Shown here in pieces: positions 10,374 through 22,883 of a DNA stretch of 42,463 nt. Source of the DNA: Basidiobolus meristosporus CBS 931.73 (Eukaryota; Fungi; Basidiobolomycota); contig MCFE01000716.1 in NCBI GenBank assembly GCA_002104905.1, forward strand, positions 1 to 42,463, given 5' to 3'. Made by a program: the position numbers and the translations under genes. Under the pieces are notes generated by a model. It was not told the origin of the DNA. It saw only the letters and a list, made by a program, of their open reading frames with translations, and ran no database searches. Numbering within the stretch: the first letter of the stretch is position 1; every line of letters begins with the position of its first letter.

Positions 10374-10781
10374 TTAAAGACCCAACTTGGTACGGCGCCA
10401 GTGTCTACGCTTGGCGTTGTATCTGATCTTGTTGTCAGTTCTCAAACGGATCCAGTGAGGAATGGGTCTGTTTTGCTTTTGCTTCTTGCCAAGAATGCGC
10501 TTGACCTTGAAAGACTTCTGGGAGGGCTGCAATAAGATTGTCGGTTAGCAAGGGATTTCACGTCAGCGAGTTCAACCATCATATCAGCTGCTCGAGGTGT
10601 TGCTCACTCAGCATAAGTCGACCACTCCTTCACGTATAGTGTTGATTCCATCATTTCCATGACTAGTGGGAGTACGCAACGACAACTATGTAGAGTATCT
10701 TCGTATACTGGTGTGCGCTCTCGTTGATCAGGCTGACAGCGTGATGGATGGACAGGAATTCAAAAACAGATTGCTTACCAT
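10374..10781 (-). CDS. RPL39: 60S ribosomal protein L39 (51 aa); exon 1 is the ATG only
   Basis: Not in the ORF track. Exon 2 (10526-10374) reads [50 protein letters not shown], preceded by a GCTAAC branch point and TGCAG acceptor. ATG|GTAAGC donor at 10781-10773 gives a 252-nt intron. Placement of exon 1 is inferred. Confidence 0.93.
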
Positions 10782-11079
10782 TGTTACCGATAGTGTGCAG
10801 CCAAAGGGGAGGAACCAACCTGCGCACTCCCCTCTAAAGATAAATTAGACCAGAGGGCAGTGGAAAAAAATCAGGTGACCTGGTGATCCCCATGCTTAAC
10901 TGACATGGATGGCAATTACTTGGGTATTGAAGATCCTGGAATTGGCCCATCGATGGAGCATATGGCCACCAGCAACCAATTTGGGAATGAGTCAGTATTG
11001 TTGTTTATTGAGCGTAATGTTCGTTGATGAATGAGATGGCTACTTTGGTGCGTGAAGTATATGAAATGAGAATGTGCGT

Positions 11080-12815
11080 TTATCTGTTTAAAAGATAAGC
11101 GATGATGGCTGTAATCAATCCACCTGCAACGGCACTCTCTAGCGATAATAATGCCACATCTTTCTGGGTGTATTGGTAAATTACATGGGGGTCATAGAAC
11201 GAGGTTATGCCTCCGGCCAATGACCCCGGCGTTTGGTACACTGGAGGTGAATCGACTTCGGCCTGAATCTCCTGGCTGGTGCTTACCACAGATTCTTCAA
11301 GGGAAGGCTCAGCTACGGGATCAACCTCACCCTTTGTAAGGTCCAGGGCAATGTCAGGTGCGGCCTGCATTTCAATGGCAAAAGCTTCATCTGTTTGGCC
11401 AGCTGTAGATTCCGGTGACAGTTGAGAGTCAAGTGCACCGGACTCAGGCAGTGAGGATTCCGTTCCCTTCGCATCAACCGACCTATGCTCCAGGTTCAAT
11501 TCATTGTAAGTTAAATTTGGCGGAGGTGCTAAGGGCGCGATATATTCTGAGGTAGGTTGGCGGGTATAATCATTGCTGGATGATATCTGGGTGGTAAGCG
11601 CCTTAAGCTCATCCTGGAGTTTGGAGTATTCCTCAACAAGGCTGTCAATTCTTGCTTGTTGATTATCAACAGCAGCGATAACAGGCTGAACCTGCTGAGA
11701 CAATGCTAATAACTCTTCCTCGGAACTCTCGGCAAGCTTTTTATCGAAGTGCTCCTGAAGTCGGCGACGTTTTTTTGGCTCGAATATTGTTTGAACAAGA
11801 ATGAATAAACACACATGGATTCCCATCAGAGCCCAAGTACCATACGTTGAGGCCCCACGGATTTTGTCGCTCCATATTTGCTCTTCATGGTATCGCATTC
11901 GAATGGCGTCGACGAGTTCGTTGTGTCGGTGATCCACGTTTTTCTCGTACTCCTTGAATCTCGCCTTCGCAGCCTCTTCAGCTTGCTCATTGATATGTTC
12001 CGAGCGGTAAAGGTTGGTGAATTTGACGACATCTTCATCAACCCACGTATGCTTGCGCTGCAACAGGTTGTTGATATCGCGTTGGCAAGTAGCTCTTTCC
12101 TCAATAGATTTCTCATATGCCAGCTTCACCTCTTCCAGCTGTTCTTTTGCTTTCAACAAGTTCTTCTCTAGTTTTGAAAGCTCCACCTTCAGCAGTTGAG
12201 CACTATACGAACGTAGAGGAGAGACTTACCAGCATGTATCACTGTATTTTTAAGCTCCTCAACCGCACTGTATCCAGTCACTTCGTTGATGATTTTCCCA
12301 ATCTTGACCAGTCTCTCTTTGGGTGGGGTGGCTGTAAGTTCTGACCAATACCCGTTCAATTTCAATAACGGATCCTGTATCAATTTCACAAGCTCTCCGT
12401 TAGTAACGTTTTCTGGAACACGGCTTTTGATCTTGTCGTATAGAGGATGCTTCTGGAGTTGAAGAAGAACATTGTCCAAGGATTTCTTTGCGTCTGAGGA
12501 AACATCATCCTTCAACGAGGCCGCGGGAGTGGAGAGTACGTTTGACTCTGAACCTGTGGAGGATTTGGTCTCTACACCAACCTCGGAGAGTTTTTTCATA
12601 GCCATTTTATTGTCTTCGAGAATTCTTTGAAGTTCCTCCTCCACCTGAGCGCTGTCTTTAATTTTCGAGGAAGGGTTGCTTGGTGGGGTGCCGGGGGGTG
12701 TTGACGAAGCCAAGCGAGCCGTAAGGTAGACGGCTTGTTGACGAGAAAGGACATTTTGGGTAGCGAATCCCACTCTTAGAGAATTCCCTAGTATCGCTGT
12801 TCTCACTTTCAGCAT
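11080..12815 (-). CDS. SHE9: Mitochondrial inner-membrane protein She9/Mdm33, 2 exons
   Basis: Presequence-like N-terminus and She9 motifs (VTGYSAVEELK, RDINNLLQRKHTW, RYHEEQIWSDKIRGASTYGTWALMG, IFEPKKRRRL). One GTAAGT intron at ~12228 joins the two track ORFs. Confidence 0.92.
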
Positions 12816-12921
12816 CCGTTCACTACTACTTTTGCCTAAACTAGTCCAAGGTGCCAGCAGCCGCTAGCCACAAGATATTTGCAATTTTTTGTACGAGCCA
12901 TTGCATTGATTGTGTCCTACA

Positions 12922-12982
12922 CCAATTCCCCGACAAAAATTTCAATACCCAATGCCAATCCAATTGGCCCAATTAGTCCAAT
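12922..12982. promoter_or_regulatory. Cluster of CCAAT boxes upstream of SHE9
   Basis: CCAAT at 12922, 12949, 12955, 12960, 12969 and 12978, plus ATTGG at 12963. Confidence 0.45.
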
Positions 12983-13189
12983 TAGCCCGCACTGAAATGT
13001 GAAATAATCCAGAGATAACTGGCGGACCTCGTTGATTTCGGCTTGTCAGCTCACGGCACTTGTCCAGTTCTTAACTGTGTTGGTGAAGGCAAATCCCACT
13101 CATCCAATGTCACAACAAAACCCAGCCGCTGATTGGCTGGCCTCGAGCTAAGAGAAATGCCTTATTCTTTACTGAAAGGATCCCCCACA

Positions 13190-14518
13190 TGGAGAACGAT
13201 GTTTCAATCGAATGATTATACGTAGTAAATTCGACGCTTTGTTTTGTGGGTGTGTTGCAGCAACCGGGAGACCTCTCTAGACAGAGCTAGGTAATCAATG
13301 CACTAGAATGCTCTGATTTCTCGATATAGGATGCCTATGCTACTAGCATGTCATTCTATAAGATCCCTGAGTCAATTTCATGGAATCGAGAAGTAAGCTG
13401 GATTCAGCATCCTTTCATCAGCCACCCAGTGCCGTCAATACATTCAAGACTTCACTACACATCATCCGAGCTCAAGTTCTTCAGCCATATACCATCTTGC
13501 ACAAACAAGCCTTGATATGCCCATTTTTGGCAACAAATCGCTCTCTAACCTTAGCAGATATTCCTGGTCTTGAAAATAGTCAGCATTGTGATTACATATG
13601 ACAACGACGGTCGTCATGGGGCGTTGGTGCTTCATGCCGAGTCGATGGAATCCCATTCCTACACGCCAGCTCTGTACCTTACCTTCTAGTGTACAACTAC
13701 TAGCCCAGGAGGTTTGCCTTGTGACTCACTGGTTGCTGTGAAGTGATACTTCTCATGGTGAAGGGCCTATGCTTAGGGAGCGGGCGAGGCTAGCCCCCCA
13801 TTGGCTTGAGCTACGCGTGGGGGTTGGCTCAAATGCCAGCGATGCTCATACAGATTCGTTATGGACGGTTGATCATATGGGAGGCAGGGTATGGATGGCC
13901 ATGTTTCAGGCGGGGCCAATGCGCCTATTCATCAGCACAGAGGCTGCGGCAGCTAGTGAAGGAGTGTCATTTGTTGACTTGATCGTCTGATTGCTTATTA
14001 CTGCTGCTCTAGGAAACATCAGAATAACCAAGTACAAAAACACAACACGGACAAGCGGATGTCACTGATGTCATGTTGTTCCAGATGATGACAAGATGAC
14101 TGTTTCTGCTGGGGACGCGGAATCCATAAATACGTCCGCATGGTTGGATGGGCAGAGAGGAACCTTCAATATGTCAGGAATTAACCCATCCAAAGATGTG
14201 CATGACACCGTCTCCAATGCTTACTCTGGAGGAACAGTTGGCGATGGCTCTTACAAAGGCCGGTACGACTCCTCACGACATTTAAATTATGGTCAGAACG
14301 AAAACGAAAGGTAAGTAAGGCCCATCCTGCACCGAAGATCCTCCTAACGTCGATTTGTGTTCAGTGACTCCAGCGAGAATCCATTCATTGGTATCGCGCA
14401 TACAGCCAGCAACCCCACCCAAACATTCCAGCACGATTTTCTGGGCTCCAAGGACGGCGACCAAGTATGTGATATCGAAGACAGATCCAGGCACAACTCT
14501 GGTCATAACCACATTTAA
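13190..14518 (+). CDS. Probable multi-exon hypothetical gene; only the last two exons are reasonably supported
   Basis: A canonical intron (GTAAGT at ~14311, CTAAC branch, TTCAG acceptor) joins DDDKMTVSAGDAES...GQNENES to DSSENPFIG...NSGHNHI* in frame. Upstream exons and the start are unresolved. Confidence 0.35.
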
Positions 14519-14779
14519 ATGTTAATGTAATACTTGTACTTTATGGAAATAAACCACAACGAGTTATTCGTGATTAAATTTCGAGGATAAAGGAACCTCG
14601 CTAGTTCCAATCATTGATGGATATTGAAGTGGACATCAATGTCTTATGGAAAAATCGTTCGTTCCCACTGCAAAAAAAAGAAAAAAATTGCTGATGGCTG
14701 CTGCAGTGAAAGCGTTCAAGTACTGCTTCTCCCCCACTCCCTGACATACACTGAAGTTCATCAGTTTCCAGTAAATAGA

Positions 14780-15269
14780 ATGCGTCTCATCACCCACAAC
14801 ATGCTCCAGTGCCACGCCAAGGGCTGCACCAACGACAACTTTCCTTTACGTTTCGAAGAGGTGGAGATGGAAGTTGAGGAGGTCGATATGAATCCCGAGT
14901 TTTTGGTCAACTTTTTGCCAAAGCTCGACTGGGCCGCTTTGATTAAGACAGCTGTTCAAGTAAGTGTGGCGAGTTCTTGCGCTCAATTGTTTCTGCTGGC
15001 TAAATATCCCTCTTATGTAGCTTGGCATCAACGATCTCCCCGAGACTCTTCCTGAGAATGCTGCTGATGACGAGGAGTTTCTTCAAAAGTTGCACACCGT
15101 CCTTATGGAGGTATTGGGCTGTTTAATCTAGTGAATTCATTTGGAATGTACTAACATCTGGTTCTAGACTCGCGTCCAAGAAGGTCGTATGGTTTGCAAC
15201 GGCTGTGGTCATATCTACCGTATCAAGAATGGTATCCCCAACATGCTTTTGGCCGAGCACGAGATCTAA
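14780..15269 (+). CDS. TRM112: Trm112 methyltransferase activator, 3 exons
   Basis: MRLITHNMLQCH...|LGINDLPETLP...LHTVLME|TRVQEGRMVCNGCGHIYRIKNGIPNMLLAEHEI*. Introns at 14960-15020 and 15111-15167. Confidence 0.97.
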
Positions 15270-15843
15270 ACTGTTTAACGACCACACACACGAGCTTTTC
15301 CTGTTTAATCCTTCTTGTCACAGCTCAACAAGGACCCCCTCGGTGTAATGCGATTTTTGTATAATTCATGCTTCCTATGGATCTGGAAGAGTGTTGTCTT
15401 CAATTACATCTTCTGAAAAGATAAAGAAACGTATATTCTAGAGTACACAGCAGTATGTTCGCGCCAATGGCCAATTTCTAGTTGGCATATGCCTGACTCA
15501 GAGCAGGGCCTCAGGGCTAATGGTTTGGGAACGGATGAAATGAGAGATCGGCAACCTCGAGTTATCAACCGTTTGTAGTTACAGTGAAGGCTCGAGATAT
15601 TCTTGCTGGTTGAAACCACAGAATACTGAAGCCGTTTATGCAAGAAAATCCTCAGCACAAGTAGTCCGACACTGACAACGAAGCACCTTGGTTCAGATTA
15701 CTGGCTGGCCAAACAAGTGCAGAAATGCGATACAGGACGCTGCCAAACTCAATATCATTTGGCTGATACATGAAATGGGGAAGTCAGGACAACGCCCTTT
15801 AATGGATTGACAGGAATCATCTATTTCATGAGCGGGTAAATCT

Positions 15844-16993
15844 TTATCGAGGAAGGAGGGGGCCGCATTCAGGCTGTGACTTGAGAGAACCTGGTTTTAG
15901 ATGGTGCTTGATGGGATGAAGATCTTCATTGAATCCTACCATGGGAATCTCGCCTCTGCTGCTTCGCATCTTTCTGAGAAATACGGGTGACAGTGATAGA
16001 ATCCCTGCCACTAGAATAGTTAGTATTGTGGTCACATTGAATAGGGTGATTTCCTGCCCAGAAGACAGTTGATGGATGGCTACTCCAGCCTGCACATGTA
16101 AGAACGATATAGGCATCACTCCTGTTAGTTGTTGAAAGTCAATGGGCTGTGTTCAAATAGAATGAGGTGGCAAGCACATTACCAATACATGTTGCGACGA
16201 AAAATATATGCATAGGTACGCCTAAGTGAGGCGAGGCTATGTTTATGAACCAGTTGGGTAGTATGGGTGTTATTCGTAGAAACATCAAATAGTTTAGGAG
16301 GTGCTCGCGGTGGACAGATATCTAATGGGTGATGTTAGACTGTGCATGTGCAGTAGCTCACATAGCCGACTATAACTAACCCTCTCACTTAAATCGGCCA
16401 ACTTGTCAGTGAAGTATCTCTGAATGAGGAACTTCGCAAGGTAGCTGGATAGCAAGTAGCACATCGTCGCCCCTATTCCAGAACACTGATATCGATGAGC
16501 CAAAGACTTGGTTGCCAATGGAATCTACCTGCTTACCAAACAGACCAACCCTAGAGCAGCCCAGCGTTGGAAAAGCGCTCCGGATAGAACGCTCAACATC
16601 GCGCTTCCGGGAATTGCGAATGCCTGCAAACTAACGGATGACTTGGATATCAGTCAATGTTGGTGCCTCATGGTCCAGGAGATACTCACAATATGTATAG
16701 AATGACGAATGACCACAGCACCGTGGCGAAATGGCCGTTCTTCATTTCAGTGAGGATTACAGCAAGCTCTTTCACATCGTCAATGCTCTTGGGAAATTTC
16801 AACCGTGATCTAAACCGTGCCAAGCAACCAAATTAGCTTCATCCTAACCCAATAATCCCAGGACCCCATACCCATCGGCAATCGAGAGCAACGTGACGAT
16901 CGTGTAGCACAAGATGAGACTGGCAAAGACGAAGCATAAGGCGAGGCTGAGAACAGGGTGTGGCTTAAGTGTAGGTCTGGCCCATAGCGACAT
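15844..16993 (-). CDS. VTT/DedA-domain membrane protein (TMEM41/TVP38, SNARE-associated Golgi family), multi-exon
   Basis: Spliced segments MSLWARP..., LKFPKSIDDVKELA, QAFAIPGSAMLSVLSGALF, GIGATMCYLLS, FLRITPILPNWFIN and PISFLHVQAG are characteristic of TMEM41-type proteins. Confidence 0.85.
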
Positions 16994-17333
16994 CGTGCAA
17001 GTGGCTTGGAGAAGTCAGGGGCAAGGTATCGTCCTGAAGTGCCCTGTACTATACACACAATTGAAGAGCTGAGTTCAGGAGATGGGCAGACACCAGGAAA
17101 GTAAGAACTAACTCGAGATACTCCAAAACGGGAATGTCACCAGCTGGTCACCGCGAATTGTTGGCACAACCGGAGATTCGTTGAATCGAGCAAGGGTGGC
17201 GGTGATCCGACGATGGCCCTTTTATAACTCTTGAATCCATGGCACTGTGCAAGGTCTAAAACAACCATCAAACCCATCCATTTCAACCATGGAGATTAGC
17301 TCCCAAGAGGAGAGCATCAAGACTAATCAGACA

Positions 17334-19750
17334 TTATTCCCATGATAAATTTGGTTTGATTCCGTGAAAGACAGCATGCACATACATTCCAGAATGGCCA
17401 ATGCTTTTAATATCCGACAGCATCGCACACCTGGTGACGCTTTTGTCACCACTGAGCTCAATCCAACCCAAGTCAATTTCATTACATTGTGAGATAAGCC
17501 GATTGTACGTTAGGGAACGATACCTACTCCGGAAAATGAACCAAACCGATGAAACAGGGATCCCGCCTCTGCGTTTGATCCAGTCCATGTCACGCAAGTC
17601 TTCTTGACCTGCTGACACTGGAGTTTACATTTGCTACAGTCTGACCAGACAATCCAGTTCCACCAAATAGCCTTGAGATTCTGCAGCATGTTGTGGCCAA
17701 CGAACACCAGCAATAAGGGGTGATCAAGGCTTGTGTCTTATATCTCAACGTCTCTGTGGCTCCTGAGTGCCAAGGGAACCACGCCAGTTGACGTCGTGTT
17801 TTGTCTCGTACGTCCCTGTCGATTGTCTAGAAAGTCACTCGTAGCTTCGATCGAGCCACTCAAAGGCTAACCCGCTCTGTATGATGATGAGATGGGCATA
17901 GTTGAATGGGACCAACCGACTGAGTTTTCTACTGAGCACACACTCTATCATTGTGCAGATCCACACTACTGCTTTCGACAATCCAAACTAGTTCGTACCA
18001 ATCCCTACCCTCCATTCACCGACATATATGCGGCGAATGTGCACGTGCCTCACCAAGCAGTGGCATGTTGGACCACGCATATGATAAACATGGAAATGAT
18101 GCCAATTGAAGTAGCTCAATTCTAGTGAACCAGAGCCCTGCATCCATGATCCTCTTGGGCATTTCCAGTTCAGCAGCTAGAATACCAGACCAATTCACCA
18201 CGGATCCTCCTCAGGGAAGGTCTAACCATCGGTATGAAAGCCCATGCATCACAAGGCTCCTGGATCCTCGGCACCATTCTGTACCCCTGTTTTGGTTTAT
18301 CGTCAGGTATCAAGCCACATCATAATGGCGCCTTTACGAGGGCGCAATTCGTGATGGTCATGTTACTATCACTCAGCACTGGTCTTCCAGCATGCAACCC
18401 AACTCCAGAAACAAGCTGGATTCAGGGTCAAAACCAACTAGATGTTGCCAACCATTGCTGTACCTTGGACCAGATCGGTCTTTCTCTTAATGAAGCTGGG
18501 ATGGGTTTAGACCAAGTCAACAGCAGAGCTGAGGTTCTTGCAGTGGGTAAGTCTCAGACGTACGTAATGGGCCGCAAATAAAAGACGCTCACCGTCTACA
18601 ACTACATCATCGAAAGCATGGAAAGTTGCATTTATGGTCCTACTCGTTAGATAGCTCTCATGGAGACAGGATATCTGTCGGACTCATGTATTTTGTATCA
18701 ATGGTTGTGTATCATTCTTATACCTTCCTCTAACTCTCACCCTCGCAATGTTATTGTGGTCCCTGGGAAGGATCGCATGATGTATGCATCCTTCCAAAGA
18801 CTATCGCGTACACGGATGCTGGATCTGCAGCCAAGAGCAAATATAGCAGGTTATCTCCGGGCAACAGGAAGCGGCCCCAGGTCAGATGAATTTTCCATTA
18901 CAAGGCTGCATCGCTATATACAGACGTCTTACCTGGGCTTCTCTACTCATGCTTCCTAGGCTAACATTGATATGGAAGCGAATGGGTTCATTGTTTGGAG
19001 AGAATGGCGCTGGCTGTTGTCCCAGCAACCTCAACCACCAGCGCAATGATATCGAGTTAAAGAGCCCAATACCCTACACTTGCTACTCCCAAAAAACGAG
19101 GTGGTATCACAGAGAATAAACACAATCGATGGAAATTGCATTATTCCTCATCGCCTGCCTTGTTTATCTATTCAGATCAGATTAGCGATATGGATTCCAA
19201 AGTGAGTACAAAGATGTCATTCCGAAGGAATCTGGACTAAGACCAGGTCAACTAATGCAGCTGTCGCCAGCATGATAATATCCACCGTATAGTGTAGAAT
19301 CCTTTTACTAGGACCACCATCATGAATTGAAATGAAAATGCTGCGCCTAGTCTAGCTGAAGACGGTGCCCCGAGGTTTCTCTGAAATTCAACGTATTCCG
19401 ATAATCTCCTCAACATACCAACCGCTAACCTCATTAGTCGATTTGGTTCCGAGAGTGGTGGTGAGCATCTCAACCGTGAAATTGAACCAGAATCCCTGAG
19501 CCAGATCCAGATTCGTACAAGTCTCAATTGGTACATCTGACGCAGATGAGAACGGTACACCTAGAAGCAAGACACACATCCGATTATCTATATCTCATTC
19601 AGCTGAAGCGCTGCGGACGATACGTCCTAACCGATACAGTATACACCGCATCATGGAATCTGCCCTATTCCTCCATTCTATCATTTGCACGTGTCGATGT
19701 CCACTGCCAAGATTGTTTCTGTAGGTCAGGCTTTCCCACGCACAACCTAA
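17334..19750. other. Unresolved region with exon-like fragments and splice signals; probable uncharacterised gene or pseudogene
   Basis: Some minus-strand segments splice in phase (e.g. ...SFPGTTITLRG|TINATFHAFDDVVVD). Canonical splice signals also occur on the plus strand. No complete ORF or recognisable family could be assembled. Confidence 0.25.
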
Positions 19751-20043
19751 TCGGATGATTTATGCACACAAGCGCTGAGTTGCTCAATAAACACGATTGA
19801 GTTAATCATACTCACTGGCTTAAGCCATTCGAAGTGTGGAATCACTGGACGCGATGGAGATTTTGTCGGCGACATCGATTCACATATATGTCTATCGAAA
19901 GTCAGCATGGGAAGGGAGGGGATCGAACGAATCTCCAAAGGCACACCCATGGATTGAGTGATCAGGAATTGGTACGACCGATGATTTCTAGTTGTTGTGC
20001 TTTTCTCGATTGATGATTATTGATCACTTTCCAAGAGCGAACG

Positions 20044-20050
20044 TATATAA
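20044..20050 (+). promoter_or_regulatory. Putative TATA box of the peroxiredoxin gene
   Basis: TATATAA ~50 nt upstream of the ATG at 20098. Confidence 0.5.
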
Positions 20051-20097
20051 GCCTTCTCGATTAACAGTTGTGAACATCCATCTCTTCATTCAGAAAC

Positions 20098-20682
20098 ATG
20101 ACCGTTGCAATCCAGAAAGCTGCCCCTAGTTTCACAGCCACTGCCTTGGTCAATGGCGAATTCAAGCCTGTCTCTCTCGAGGATTTCAAAGGCAAGTATC
20201 TTGTCCTCTTCTTCTACCCTATGGACTTCACTTTCGTGTGCCCCACCGAAATCATCGCTTTCAACGACCGTGTCAAGGAGTTCGAGGCTCTTGACTGCGC
20301 AGTAGTTGCCTGCTCCGTAGACTCTGAATTCTCACATTTTGCCTGGGTAAACATGCCTCGCAAGAATGGCGGTCTCGGTAACATGGAGATCCCAATCTTG
20401 TCCGATATCACCAAGAAGATCTCTCGCGATTATGGAGTACTTCTTGAAGAGGAAGGAGTTGCCCTTCGCGGTCTTTTCATCATTGATCCCAAGCAGAATG
20501 TTCGTATCATGCAAGTCAACGATCTTCCCGTTGGGCGCTCTGTTGATGAGACTCTTCGTCTGGTCGAGGCCCTTCAGTTCACTGATGTTCACGGGGAGGT
20601 GTGCCCTGCCAACTGGACCAAGGGCTCGGATACCATCAAACCTGATGTCTCTGGCTCTAAGGATTTCTTTGCCAAGCAATAA
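20098..20682 (+). CDS. TSA1: Typical 2-Cys peroxiredoxin (thioredoxin peroxidase)
   Basis: Peroxidatic motif [17 protein letters not shown] motif and resolving-Cys motif GEVCPANW; intronless. Confidence 0.97.
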   Translation: MTVAIQKAAPSFTATALVNGEFKPVSLEDFKGKYLVLFFYPMDFTFVCPTEIIAFNDRVKEFEALDCAVVACSVDSEFSHFAWVNMPRKNGGLGNMEIPILSDITKKISRDYGVLLEEEGVALRGLFIIDPKQNVRIMQVNDLPVGRSVDETLRLVEALQFTDVHGEVCPANWTKGSDTIKPDVSGSKDFFAKQ

Positions 20683-20695
20683 GCATCTACTAACA

Positions 20696-21474
20696 TTATC
20701 TTATCACGTGAATAAACGAGCATTTCCAACCACCAAGCCAAGATCGAACATTTTTGGTATCGACGACAGTACATCCACTGACCAACCTCGTTGTTGGTGG
20801 GTCAGACAGCTGTTCCACAACTGCTTGGACTGTACAGGTCGAAGCTGTCGCAGTAATGGGTTTTCCTGAATCACACGTTATCGCCCACCAGATGTTCCTA
20901 TCTAAATTGCATGTTCTTATTCCACACTGCAGCAAACTATAGGAGAGATCCCGAATATCTGATTCATTTGACGTCTTAGGATCCCTCTGCATCAGTGGGT
21001 TTATGAGGTGTAACAATGGTTTGAGGCCTTCATGCCAAAGTATGGCCGAGGAGCCTGGGCACAGTCTTCGCAGCAGATCTTGAATTTGGTAGCTATATCC
21101 CGTGAACCACCAGCGGCAGGCTTCAAATTCAAGATTCTAATGACCCAACAATTGTAAGTTGCTCAATGGAATCTGATGATCAAGGGTACCCCCAAACCTG
21201 GTACTTGGTAGCAGGCCGGCAATACCAGTTCTCCCGAGAATGACGGCAAATCGAGACAACAACATCTCGGATTTACAGTTTATGCAGCTCAGACAATTGG
21301 TAGCCCCCATACAATAGGGGGTGGAGAATACAGAACAGCCACCACAATCCTTCACCACCACCACTTGCCTGTGAAACAAACAATAGTACCAGACGTTCCT
21401 TACTCGAGGGCTACAAAGAGTTTGAATGTAGCATCCCAATCTCCCAACTGGGTTGTAAGCAAAATTCCCAACAT
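20696..21474 (-). CDS. Possible multi-exon hypothetical protein convergent with TSA1
   Basis: An open frame of ~135 codons follows a CATTAG acceptor near 21105 (NLEFEACRWWFTG...FIHVIR*). Upstream there is a candidate exon MLGILLTTQLGDWDATFKLFVAL with a GTAAGG donor. No family recognised. Confidence 0.3.
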
Positions 21475-22037
21475 TTGTTCGCATCTCCTTTTATGTGCAG
21501 TTTTGGGGCGTTGGTCTTATTTACATCGGAAGCGACAGGGATGGTATATTTGCGTCACCTAACTCCCACCAGCCCGTTCTAGCCTCATGGTGACCGGAAA
21601 CGCGACAAGCCTCGCGAATTTGGCTTGGAGGGTGCAAGCGACTACCTGGAAAGATTGGCGTTTACCATGCATGAAGCCCGCGCTGCACCTCAAGTCCATC
21701 ACATAGGGCCTGGCATATCATCTGTGTGAAAATGCAGTGTCCTAGAACAATGGAGGGATGGCGCATTTAGACTGCCCACCAACCCACAACCCAAAATAGA
21801 AATCACCGAACCAGTGTCAGACCCTCAATCCTGCTTTGTCTACGTGAGCATCGAGCATGCTGCATAATTATTTTAGTTATTGGTCGTCCGGTTCAAACCA
21901 ATTATCAGTGACCGTGTAGAATCGAGACCATCCGGGACTCTTTTTTTTTCCTACTTCCAAATAGATCTCGACTTAAAGTACCATATGCCAGTCGCAGTAA
22001 TCGTATTCCCTCTCTGCTTGGGCTGCTTCGGTACAGT

Positions 22038-22883
22038 ATGGACGCTAAAAATTGGATTGACATCGACATTGAGAGGGTGTATCCCTTGGACCATTTCGTC
22101 GTCCCTCAGCATTACGAAAAGGACATCGAGAGCATTCTTATCCCCCATGGCATGATTAAGGATAGAATCAACAAACTGGCCAAACTTATCGTCAACGAGA
22201 TCCCCGACGACCCCATTCCTAACCTCGGTAAGCTCCCCCTTGTCTGGCGTGTTTCGGTTCCTTTACTGAGTATGCGAATCTAGTGGTTTGCTGTGTCTTG
22301 AAAGGTGGTCATCAGTACTTCGCGGATTTGGTCGATGAAATCAAACGTTGCCATACCAGTAAGGGAAAGTCCATCAAGCTTAGCCTGGAATTCTTGAAGG
22401 TTAAGAGTTACGAAAACGACCAGTCAACCGGTGACGTACGTATCTCTCTGTCCGATAAGGAGTTGGAGGAATTCCGCGGAAAGGTGAGTGCCCTTGTAGG
22501 AAGTACGCTCGCATGAATCATGACGTTGACGCTTCATCGTCTCTAGAACCTTCTCATTGTTGAAGATATCATTGATACTGGCCGCACCATGGTGAAGCTC
22601 CTTAAACGCCTTGAGGAGTTCGGACCCAACTCCATCAAGGTCACCAGTCTGTTGATCAAGAAAACCCCCCACTCCAATGGATACATCCCCCACTACGTCG
22701 GGTTTGCCATTCCTGATGCTTTCGTTGTTGGCTACGCACTTGATTACAACGAGCATTTCCGTGATCTTGATCACATTGCCGTCATTAGCGTAAGTTCCTT
22801 CGAGCCATTGTTCACTCGCGTCGCGTAGTACTTACCAATCGGAAAAACCATAGGAACACGGAAAGAAGGCATACGCCGTCTAA
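22038..22883 (+). CDS. HPRT1: Hypoxanthine-guanine phosphoribosyltransferase, metazoan HPRT1-type, 4 exons
   Basis: [44 protein letters not shown] motif [30 protein letters not shown], and terminal exon EHGKKAYAV*. Confidence 0.95.
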
